From NCBI GenBank assembly GCA_963740315.1, contig CAVUDP010000001.1, positions 1,408,001-1,472,000 of the forward strand: a stretch of 64,000 nt of DNA. Reading direction: 5' to 3'. The translations under genes were made by a program, and so were the position numbers. Origin of the DNA: an uncultured cyanobacterium (GTDB lineage Bacteria > Cyanobacteriota > Cyanobacteriia > Cyanobacteriales > Nostocaceae). Position 1 is the first letter of the stretch. Each line of letters starts with the position of its first letter. Below the pieces are notes generated by a model. It saw nothing but the letters and a program-made list of their open reading frames with translations. It ran no database searches and had not been told where the DNA came from. Below, piece by piece: positions 10,700 to 20,600 of the stretch.

Positions 10700-11289
10700 A
10701 TCACTTAGCAGTTAATTTTCGTAGTGTTCGCGTCTCGCTCTTTGCAGATATCAAGCAAGATGCGGACACTACCAACCCCCGCTAACTTGGAAGTTTTAAG
10801 TAATTTATAAAAGTATTATCAAACTTCACTGATAATATATACAAATATAGTAAGATGTATAATTTATCTCGCTCAAATTGTTCATAATTACTTTTATTAC
10901 GAGTGATTTACTTTTTAGGTAGCGATAATATTTAATCTAAATATCGAAAGTTATGACGATCTTGCGGCTGTAACTATAGATAAGCCCGGTTTTTCAACCG
11001 ATTCTTATTAATGGCAGTGCGTAACATATAGATCAAACAAAAAGAATTCTCCAATGCTTTAAGCGAGGGGATTAAGGGTTGCGTAGTTCACCCAAGGTTG
11101 GTTAACGTGCCAAGATATAAGCAGTCTTGCTGCTAGACGGTAGGATTGCTTATCTGATACGTGATACTAACTCAAACCAAGTAGATAGTCTATATATGTT
11201 TACACTTGACTATGCAAAAGGCAACTATTTACACTTGGTTAACCGTCTGGTTGCTAAGTGTTTTTTTATTAATAATTATGTGTGGGAAT

Positions 11290-11492
11290 AAAGTGTACGC
11301 ACATCTCTAACACCATGCAAAACCCCTTTAATCCCCCTAAATCCCCCTTACAAAAGGGGGACTTTAACTCCGATCCCCCCCTTCCTTTTATAAAGGGGGA
11401 CTTTAACTCCGGTTCCCCCCTTTTTTAAGGGGGGCTAGGGGGGATCGAAACGTTATGGAGCGCCATTCGATATTGTATGTACGCGGTAGCCT
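11290..11492. repeat. C/G-run palindromic MITE-like element (copy 1 of duplicated segment)
   Basis: gtgtac...gtacgcggtagcc ends with core ccccctaaatccccctt..aagggggact. Near-copy at ~15688-15888. Confidence 0.6.
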
Positions 11493-11625
11493 TAGAAGGG
11501 AAGGGGTGAGGTTAATTTGCATACAGTCAAAAGAATATATAATAAATAATTTTACATATTTACAGGTAGTATTAATATCAGGATCGGATATAAAGACCAC
11601 AAGAAAACACGCGACGCTCCGATTG

Positions 11626-11690
11626 AGAAGTCGGGTTTTTATAAAATTTGTAAGCGTATTACAGATACGTGTTCTAAAAACCCGACTTCT
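11626..11690. repeat. 16-bp inverted repeat AGAAGTCGGGTTTTTA/TAAAAACCCGACTTCT
   Basis: Perfect arms at 11626-11641 and 11675-11690. Confidence 0.7.
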
Positions 11691-11716
11691 GACTATTAAA
11701 ATTAGGGGTGCGCTAT

Positions 11717-11803
11717 TGTTGTTATATACACTCGTAATGCCAAAGGTAAGTGGTTGAGAAGTAGAGAAATATTGCCGCCGAAAGGTTCTGAAGCCGAAGT
11801 TGC
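11717..11803 (+). pseudogene. Fragment paralogous to the 16463-17614 gene
   Basis: Translates VVIYTRNAKGKWLRSREILPPKGSEAEV, versus VVIYTHDAKGKWLRTREILPPKGSEAEA in the intact gene. Confidence 0.85.
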
Positions 11804-11876
11804 TGCTCATAATTCTTATAGAGGTCTTTTTCCGAACTGGAGATGTCTAATAAGAAAAGAGTTTTTTATAAACTTG

Positions 11877-11923
11877 TTTAAAGTCTGATTATGCTTTGAT
11901 TAAATATTTGTCATTTCTATAAT
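11877..11923 (+). promoter_or_regulatory. Weak Pho-box-like repeats plus -10 element
   Basis: TTTAAAGT, ATTATGCT and ATTAAATA at 11877, 11888 and 11899, then TATAAT at 11918. Confidence 0.4.
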
Positions 11924-12037
11924 CAAGGTACCTCCTAATACTTGGCTGTAACTCAGAGTAATGGTAATTTATTTAACACGTATGCCTATACGGACAGTTC
12001 TTACGCATTTATTAGTTACCATTAGCCCTTATAGAAC

Positions 12038-15000
12038 ATGGACAAAATTAATCTAAGTCAACTCAGCACTTTTACCAGCGAAGACGGCGCGGAAATTGTT
12101 GCTTATGACTCCACAACTCAACGGTTATTTGTAACAACTGGCGATACTGTAGAAATTGTTGATATTAGTAACCCAGCGAACCCTACAAAGTTTGGTGAAA
12201 TTTTTATCACTGACGTACTTGATGATAATTTTAGCGCTGGTGGTGCTAACAGCGTTGCAGTTAAAAACGGTATCGTTGCGATCGCAGTTGAAGCTGAAAA
12301 TAAGCAAGATAACGGTAAGGTTCTTTTCTACAGCACCGATGGCGAACTTCTATATGGGGTTACAGTTGGGGCGCTTCCCGATATGGTTACTTTTTCCCCC
12401 GACGGTAATAAGGTAATCGTCGCTAATGAAGGCGAACCAAATGATACATATGATAATGACCCGGAAGGTTCTATTAGTATCATTGATATTTCCAATGGTC
12501 TTAGTAGTGTAACTGATGCCAATGTCACAACTGCTTCTTTTACAGGTTTCAACGATCGCAAGCAAGAGTTAATTAACAAAGGCGTTCGTATCTTTGGTGA
12601 AACAGCGGATGGAACCGCTTCTACAGTTGCTCAAGACTTAGAACCAGAATACATCGCAGTATCAGCCGACGGTAAAACAGCAGTTGTTACCCTACAAGAA
12701 AATAACGCGATCGCAATTGTTGATATCGAAACTGCGATCGTACAAGATATCTTACCTTTGGGTTTCAAAGACTATAGCAAAGGTCAACCAACTCTCAAGC
12801 AATATCAGTTTTCTAACTTACCAGTTCTGGGTACAACTGCTACGGAAAACTCTGAAGATTCTACTGAAACGACCGTAGGACAAGATATCTTGCTTGGTGG
12901 TTTATCAGGTCTTTTTTATGAAGGAACAGCCGATAACGGTAATTTAAAGTTTGTTACCGTTCCCGATCGAGGTCCAAATGGTGCCCCTACTAATGTAGAC
13001 GATGACGATGCAAGCGAGCGTCCTTTTGCTTTACCCGACTATCAAGCCCAAGTTGTTAAGTTTGAACTCAACGAAACTACTGGTGCAATTGAAAATCTAT
13101 CATCCCTTTTATTAACCAGAAAAGACGGTACAACTCCCATTACTGGTCGTCCTAACATTGCTGGGGTTGATGAAGAACCTGTAGATTTGTTTGGTAATCT
13201 GCTCGGTTATGACGAATATGGTGCTGACTTAGAAGGTGTAGTAATTGCTCCTAACGGTAGCTACTGGATGGTTGACGAGTACCGTCCGGCTATTTACAAT
13301 TTTGATTCTACTGGTAAATTAATTGAGCGCTTTGTACCCGAAGGAACGGGTGCATTAGGCGAAAAAGCAGCCGGAACCTACGGTGCAGAAACTTTACCAG
13401 CAGAATATTCTAACCGCCGTTCTAATCGTGGTTTTGAAGCTGTAGCTCTGGATACCGACGAAAATATTCTCTACGCATTTATCCAGACACCTTTAGCTAA
13501 CCCAGATACAGCAGCTTCTAATGCTTCTGATGTCATTCGTATTCTGGGTATCAATCCTACTACAGGTGAGCCAGTTTCCGAGTATGTTTACTTACTCGAA
13601 GACCCCGCAGTTCGTCCCGGCGGTAGAGTTGATAAGATTGGTGATGCGGTTTATGCGGGTAACGGTAAATTCAAGGTGATCGAGCGCGATTCGGAAGTTG
13701 GTGCAAATGCCAAGAAACCCATTTTTGAAATCGATCTCAAAGGTGCGACAAACGTTCTTAATACTACTTCCTTATTACCAGGAAAAACCTTAGAACAGCA
13801 CACGGCAGATGAACTTATATCAGTAGGTATTAACCCCGTCAACAAAATCAAGGTAACAAACCTACCTTCAATCGGTTATCAAGCTGGTGATAAGCCCGAA
13901 GGTTTAGCATTGCTACCCGATCGACGTTTAGCCGTGCTTAACGACAACGACTTTGGTTTACTTGATGAAGAGATTCCCGTTGATGGAACAGTTCCCCTAA
14001 ACTCCAACCCCACACCCGTTGTATTGGGAATTATCGATTTTGCAGAAGGTAATAAACTCGATGCGAGTAACGAAGATGGTCAAATCAACCTGCAAAATTA
14101 TCCCGTCTTTGGGATGTATCAACCGGATGCGATCGATAGCTTTGAAGTAGATGGTAAAACCTACTACATTACTGCTAACGAAGGAGATGCCCGCATTCGT
14201 CCCGATGGTGATATTGAAGATGAAAATGGTGATGTAATTGTAGAAGAAGGCGATATCTTCAACGAAGAAAAACGCATAGCTAAAGTAGACTTAGATCCAG
14301 ACGTTTTCCCCGACGCTGACGAATTACAGAAAGAAGAAAATCTTGGTCGCTTGAAAATTACCAAAACTCTTGGCGATTTGGATGGAGACGGTGATTTTGA
14401 CCAGTTATTTAGTTACGGCGCTCGTTCCTTCTCGATTTGGGATGAATTTGGCAACCAAGTATTTGACAGCGGCGATCAAATCGCTCAAATTACTGCCGCA
14501 CAAACTCCCGAACTCTTCAACGCTAACGATGGAATTGCAGAAGAATTTGACGATCGCTCCGATGATAAAGGTGCCGAACCCGAATCTGTAACTGTTGGAA
14601 TGGTAGATGGTAAGCCTTACGGATTTGTTGGTTTAGAACGTGCTGGTGGTGGTGTCTTGGTTTACGATTTGAGCAACCCAACCGCGCCCTCGTTTATCCA
14701 GTACATTCGCACAGAAGGCGATATTGCTCCCGAAGGATTGCAGTTTATTACGGCTGTTGATAGTCCTAATGGTAGTCCTTTGTTAGCTGTTGCGAATGAA
14801 GAAAGCAATACTACCACACTTTACGAAATTGCTTCCCTAACTGCATCTGGGGAAAATGAAATCTTTACTACAGATGTTGATGGGACTACAGTTGAACTAA
14901 TTGACCTACGCGGTTTCGATGGTCAAGCAACAGTAAATTACACTATTAGCAGAGAAGCTGACTTCGATAACGAAGTTTACTTCTACAAAGTTGATGATAT

Positions 15001-15352
15001 CAACGGTAGTGTTAATGGTGTAGGAGTTGGTGAAGAAGGTTACTTACAAGCCGCTTTAGCAAGACTTGCTTCTCCCGAATTTTCCACCAGCGACGACAAT
15101 ACAGAAAGCGGTAGCGTTCAATTTGACGCAGGTTCGATTGTTGTTCCAGTAATTATCGCCGATGGTAATTTATCTGAAGCGTTAAGTGGTGTGGCAGAGG
15201 TTTATTTCCCATACTTAGGATCTAACACCGATAACGGTACATTCGACCACATTAAGTTATTGGATGATAGCACCTTCGGTTTTGAAGACTTACCCAACGG
15301 TGGTGACGCAGACTTCAACGACATCATTATCAAGATCGAAAGCATTGCTTAA
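12038..15352 (+). CDS. Choice-of-anchor-I (atypical alkaline-phosphatase-associated) propeller with inserted phytase-like/esterase propeller + DUF4114-like tail
   Basis: GAEIVAYD, GALPDM, ANEGEP, EPEYI and DDKGAEPES motifs. The insert has GGLSGL, DRGPN, DEYRP, NRGFEA, DKPEGL and LNDNDFG. Tail FEDLPNGGDADFND. Confidence 0.85.
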   Translation: MDKINLSQLSTFTSEDGAEIVAYDSTTQRLFVTTGDTVEIVDISNPANPTKFGEIFITDVLDDNFSAGGANSVAVKNGIVAIAVEAENKQDNGKVLFYSTDGELLYGVTVGALPDMVTFSPDGNKVIVANEGEPNDTYDNDPEGSISIIDISNGLSSVTDANVTTASFTGFNDRKQELINKGVRIFGETADGTASTVAQDLEPEYIAVSADGKTAVVTLQENNAIAIVDIETAIVQDILPLGFKDYSKGQPTLKQYQFSNLPVLGTTATENSEDSTETTVGQDILLGGLSGLFYEGTADNGNLKFVTVPDRGPNGAPTNVDDDDASERPFALPDYQAQVVKFELNETTGAIENLSSLLLTRKDGTTPITGRPNIAGVDEEPVDLFGNLLGYDEYGADLEGVVIAPNGSYWMVDEYRPAIYNFDSTGKLIERFVPEGTGALGEKAAGTYGAETLPAEYSNRRSNRGFEAVALDTDENILYAFIQTPLANPDTAASNASDVIRILGINPTTGEPVSEYVYLLEDPAVRPGGRVDKIGDAVYAGNGKFKVIERDSEVGANAKKPIFEIDLKGATNVLNTTSLLPGKTLEQHTADELISVGINPVNKIKVTNLPSIGYQAGDKPEGLALLPDRRLAVLNDNDFGLLDEEIPVDGTVPLNSNPTPVVLGIIDFAEGNKLDASNEDGQINLQNYPVFGMYQPDAIDSFEVDGKTYYITANEGDARIRPDGDIEDENGDVIVEEGDIFNEEKRIAKVDLDPDVFPDADELQKEENLGRLKITKTLGDLDGDGDFDQLFSYGARSFSIWDEFGNQVFDSGDQIAQITAAQTPELFNANDGIAEEFDDRSDDKGAEPESVTVGMVDGKPYGFVGLERAGGGVLVYDLSNPTAPSFIQYIRTEGDIAPEGLQFITAVDSPNGSPLLAVANEESNTTTLYEIASLTASGENEIFTTDVDGTTVELIDLRGFDGQATVNYTISREADFDNEVYFYKVDDINGSVNGVGVGEEGYLQAALARLASPEFSTSDDNTESGSVQFDAGSIVVPVIIADGNLSEALSGVAEVYFPYLGSNTDNGTFDHIKLLDDSTFGFEDLPNGGDADFNDIIIKIESIA

Positions 15353-15375
15353 ATCACTTAGCAGTTAACAATTCT

Positions 15376-15510
15376 GGCGTTGCGTTCGGCAGTTGGGTGA
15401 AGTTGTGATTTCACATTGTTGAAGACGTAGCAGTGCTACGTCTCTACACAGGTTTCCTATTTAATACAATATGTAGGTAAATATAATTCACTATTTAATT
15501 CAGCAACGCC
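15376..15510. mobile_element. 135-bp MITE with GGCGTTGC/GCAACGCC termini and 8-bp target duplication ACAATTCT
   Basis: TSD at 15368-15375 and 15511-15518; absent from the paralogous site near 10715. Contains the hairpin AGACGTAGCAGTGCTACGTCT. Confidence 0.85.
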
Positions 15511-15687
15511 ACAATTCTAGTCAATTTTCGTAGTGTTCGCGTCTCGCTCTTTGCAGATATCAAGCAAGATGCGGACACTAACAACCCCCGCTAATTTGGA
15601 AGTTTTAAGTAATTTATAAAAGTATTTACACTTAGTAACCAGACGGTTGACTAAGTGTTTTTTTATTAATAATTATGTGTGGGAATA

Positions 15688-15888
15688 AAGTGTACACACA
15701 TATCCAACACCATGCAAAACCCCTTTCGATCCCCCTAAATCCCCCTTAAGAAGGGGGACTTTAACTCCGGTTCCCTCCTTCCTTTTATAAAGGGAATTTT
15801 AACTCCGGTTCCCCCCAACTCAGCGGGGGGTTAGGGGGGATCGAAACGTTATGGAGTACCATTCGATATTGTATGTACGCGGTAGCCT
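15688..15888. repeat. C/G-run palindromic MITE-like element (copy 2 of duplicated segment)
   Basis: Near-copy of 11290-11492. Confidence 0.6.
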
Positions 15889-16462
15889 TGGAAGGGGTGA
15901 GGTTAATTTATATGCGATCAAAAGAATATATAATAAGTATTTTTACAGATTTACAGGTAGTATTTATATCAGGTATTCTTTTTATAAGATTCTGAAATGA
16001 AGCGATTACAACAATAAGCAAAGGCGTGTTTATCTACATTTCAGTATCTAAATAAACATACTTTTGCGCTCAGGAATCATATTAAAGCTGCACTACTGTT
16101 TTATCTGTAAATAGTTAATTTTTTGTTGTATTGGATAAATATATTACGCATTTTGACAATCCGCGATCGTGTTTACGTAGGATGTCTTAAATTCTGCGAC
16201 AATTCTTACTATTGCGCTAACTAATCTACTTTTAATAAAAGGTATGTTATGAATGGTGCTGCGTAAAATGCTTCCACGCATAAAAGGTGGGGGTAGATAA
16301 CTGTTGGAATTGCGTAATATCTGGTATTACCGTTCGTATTAATTATCGGGTAAAAAGAGCAGTTAGCTTGCAATTTACCTACATCATGCTGTCCATCTGT
16401 AAACAATATTCATATGAGTGGGAATAATATTTACAGGTGAACTGTAATTATTTGACAAAAAA

Positions 16463-17614
16463 ATGAACTTATCCCGCAGGTCGAATCGTATGAAAATTAT
16501 CTACTCAATTCTTGGAGTTTTATTTGTAATGGTGTTTGCGATCAGAATTAGCTCAACTCCCCAAAGCTGCTTGGTGTCACAACCCGGTGACAGTGAGTCA
16601 TTTGCCAATGCTTCGGCAATTAACGATAAATATTTAGCTGTCGGCGACCCGGAAGCAAATCGTGTTGTTATATACACTCATGATGCCAAGGGTAAATGGT
16701 TGAGAACCAGAGAAATATTGCCACCAAAAGGGTCTGAAGCTGAAGCGGTTGGTTCTGGGTTTGGTTCTAGTGTTTCTTTAGACAAATCAACTTTAGTTAT
16801 TGGTGCATTTGCTAGAAAACATAAGCCAAAGAACCCAGAACTGTTTCAATATACTAATCAACTTGGAATGTCCTACTCAGGAGGGGTATACAAGACTACG
16901 CTTGACAAGGAAACACAAGTACAACGTATTGATGTGGTTTCTAAAGGAGAAGTACCAGGTCTTTCAATTTCTGCGGATGGAGAAACAATTGCTTACAGTA
17001 CTATGCGAGAAGGAGAAGATGGAAGATTAATTGGTAAAATTCATTTATTGTCAGATGGCAATATAAAGCATATTGTATCGCCAACAGATAGTGGAGCGCA
17101 CGGATTTGATGTGGGTATCGCTCTTAAAAATAATTTGCTGGTTGCCGGTTCTGGGTTGGATGCTCCTATGGGAGCGGCTTGGTTATTTGACTTAAAAGCA
17201 CCAAAAAGTAAACCCCAAAGACTAGCTATTCCCAATGAGTATATTGGAGGGATTGTGGCAATTTCAGATCGGTTTGTTGCGGTCAGTACAGCTACAGCAA
17301 ATAATTACCTTATGCCTACGAAAACGTTAATTGTGTCAATTGAAGACGGTTCAACAACAGTTATTGATGGAGTTGGGGTACTGTCTTTAGATCGCAATAT
17401 TTTGGCAAGAATGCATCCACATTCAACAGCATACGATGGAGTACCAGAACAACAAGCCCTCTTAGAGCTATTCGATCTTACCAATTTTAATGAACCTCGT
17501 CTTATAGTCAAGCGTGGAGGTATCGAGGGTGCTTATGTGCAAAACAACTTTTTGATAACTATTCCAAAATCTTACTTTAGAAGAAAAATTTGCATAGAGC
17601 AAGTTACTAAGTGA
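16463..17614 (+). CDS. Secreted or membrane-anchored FG-GAP-like beta-propeller protein
   Basis: N-terminal hydrophobic segment; repeats LAVGDP, GFGSSVSLD..TLVIGA, IALKNNLLVAG and GAAWLFD. Confidence 0.7.
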   Translation: MNLSRRSNRMKIIYSILGVLFVMVFAIRISSTPQSCLVSQPGDSESFANASAINDKYLAVGDPEANRVVIYTHDAKGKWLRTREILPPKGSEAEAVGSGFGSSVSLDKSTLVIGAFARKHKPKNPELFQYTNQLGMSYSGGVYKTTLDKETQVQRIDVVSKGEVPGLSISADGETIAYSTMREGEDGRLIGKIHLLSDGNIKHIVSPTDSGAHGFDVGIALKNNLLVAGSGLDAPMGAAWLFDLKAPKSKPQRLAIPNEYIGGIVAISDRFVAVSTATANNYLMPTKTLIVSIEDGSTTVIDGVGVLSLDRNILARMHPHSTAYDGVPEQQALLELFDLTNFNEPRLIVKRGGIEGAYVQNNFLITIPKSYFRRKICIEQVTK

Positions 17615-17681
17615 GGTTTGATGCCTTAATTTTCTTTTTTTCGTTTCAACTAATTCACATTAACTAAAGGAGACTAATGAA

Positions 17682-20600
17682 ATGGGCGTAATCGGTTCTG
17701 ATAGCAGAGAAATTGTGACTTCGTTTGGAACATTACCTATTTCTACAGTTACTGCTGTAGATATTCAATACGACAATACGATTCCTAACAGGAATCGTAT
17801 TGGCTCTGGAATTGTCATAGCTCCATATCATGTACTCACTGCTGCTCATAATGCTTATAACACAAAGAATAATATAAGACCTGTCAGTTTACGAACAACC
17901 ACCAGCGCAAATCAGAACAGCTTAAATTCACGTAATATCAATACACCTGGTGCTGGCGACCCAAATGCAAATGTCACAAACGTTAATTTTCTAGCCAGTT
18001 TTGATCAAACGGAAGCTAATGGAGATGATATTGCTCTTTTTACAACTAGCGATGCGCCAATTGCGGCAAGTAATGTAATTGGTCTTATGGCGTTTGTAAA
18101 TCCTGAAACGGCTAAAGGTTTTACCATTGATACAGCAGGATATCCTGGAGATAACGTTCCTAACGCAAATCGTGGTATCCCAGGTATCTCAGGTAATAGT
18201 GGATTGTTCGGACGCGATTTAGTACGTTCACCAGGTACAGCGCAATCACCAGGTAAAATTGCATATACAATTGGGAAAAGTTTTTTTTACTCTCCAGATG
18301 TTGATACTGCTGGTGGTCAGAGCGGAAGTGGTGTTTGGCACACTCTTGAGGGTGACGATAAACCTCGTGTCTTAGGCGTTCATGCTTATGGACCTAGCAT
18401 TGATCCTAATATTTCAGCTTTTTTTGGTCTAAAAAATAGCGGTACTTTAGTTACCACAGATATTTATGACGAAATCATGACCCAGATTGAAGAAGATTCT
18501 GGAACTGGCAATGCTAACGAACTCCCAGAAAACGCAATCATTGGTAGTGATAGAAATGTCAAAACTTTCAACTTACCTGTGGATGGTACTGAATTTGTCT
18601 CAATAAGCGGTGGCAACGATTACATCCACGGTTCTTACCGTAAAGAAAGAATTCTAGGCAGAAGTGGAAATGACAGAATATTTGGTGGTGGTGCAGACGA
18701 CCGCTTAGAAGGTGGGGACGGAGTTGACCAAGCCCTCTTCTCCGACATCTTCACCAACTACGAATTTACTATTACTGACCCTTCCAATCCTGCATTTGAA
18801 TTCCGACACACAAAAGGAAGCAAGAAAGACGCAACAGACAAAACTAAAGATATTGAATTTGGTGTCTTTGAATTTGAAGATACAGATAAAGATGGGAACG
18901 ACGATGATGGAAAACTTTTCTATGTACCCCTGCAAGTTGACCCCGAAGACAACACAAAACTAAAAGATGGTGCAATAATCACTCCTGAAAAAGATATTTT
19001 CAACAAAGATGGTGAAAAGATTGGCACAATAACTGTTGAATCTCCAGCTTGGATGTTTGATGGAGATGTAAGATACACCCTAAATATTGGTTCCGAACAG
19101 GGACTTTTATACAATTTTGCTTACATCATTGACACTTCGGGCAGTATGAGCGGAACACCGCTTGCAGAAGCTAAAACTGCTTATCAAACACTAACTCAAT
19201 CTTTGATGAATACTAGTGTTGCTGGCAATTCGGATAGATTGCCTGTAATGCCTAACAGTATTGCCGGAAATAGTGAATTTGCTGTGATACCATTCAACAG
19301 TTCTGCATCATTAATCGCTCCATTGAGTGCGTCTTCAGCAATTTCTACTATCGATGGATTATCCGCCGACGGTGGTACATATTTTGGAGATGCTCTGACT
19401 AAAGCGCAAGAGTTTTTTACCTCACCATCCCGTAATAATAGTGCAACTAATATCGCTTACTTCTTATCAGATGGTTATGGTTCAGGCGCTAGTGCCAGCT
19501 TGCAATCTGTGGCAGAGGTTCGCGCTTTCGGTATTGGAGGGGCTGATTTATCTACCTTAAATATTATCGATTCCGATAATGCCGTTTTGCTTTCAGACCC
19601 TGCTGACTTAGTTACAGAGTTTAATACATCAACCATAGATAAAAATACCATCGAGCGTATTGACGTGAAGTTAGGTGTAACCGTAGTTGATACAATTACT
19701 CCAGAAGAATTGGTTGAGAATACACTTGGCTTACAATACAAAGGTACTATTGAGGATCTCGAAGTTACTCGAACCGCGCAGAACGAGATTTCATTTGATG
19801 TAGTGTTTAAAGATGATACTCCTACCGCTTCTCTCGACTATAAAATTACCACAGGTCAGGAAGAGGTAAAACAGCAAACGAATGATGGAGAAAAAGAAGT
19901 AAATATCTTTGGTGTTAACCAAACTGATTTTACTGGTACCTCGGAGGAACAATCAGCAAAACAAGAAATTATCGGAAACGATTTGGACAATAATATAGAA
20001 GTCCAAAATAATAAAAATACCATTTTTGGCAATGGAGGTAATGACCGTTTCAAACTCTGGGGTGGTGTCAATCTGATAGATGGTGGAGAAGGAATTGATA
20101 CTGTTGAAATCAATAAAACGCAGGCTCAAGCAGGTGGTGTTTCTAAGAGCGGGAATACAGTTAATATCGGAACCGATAATACTTTACTAAACGTAGAATT
20201 TATCCAATTCAGCGATGTTCGCTTGGCTGTTGATACATTAGCGGTTACACCAACAATATCTTTAGCAAATCAAGGTATCTTAATCGCAGAAAGCAATACT
20301 GGTTCTACTACTGCTACTTTTACCGTCAATCTTTCGAGTACCGCAACTGAAGATGTTGTAATCGATTTCACAACTCGCTCGGATGATGCTGAAGTAGGAA
20401 CTGATTTTGTAGAAAATACAGGTCAATTAACAATTACTGCGGGAGAAACTTCGGGTGATATTACCTTAGAAATATTAGACGATACCAATGTTGAAGGAAA
20501 TGAAACTCTATTTCTTGATTTGAGCGTGGTTTCTGGTGGTACATTTGCTAATGGAGGAATTACGGAAACTGCTGGGGTCAAAATTCTTGATGATGATAGT

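Noticed and set aside
11403..11810. ORFs 11403-11810 (-) and 11455-11757 (+)
   Set aside because: They cross repeat elements and a pseudogene fragment in other frames, with no protein-like motifs.
16221..16406. 61-aa minus-strand ORF
   Set aside because: No RBS or motif, and it lies in the promoter region of the next gene.
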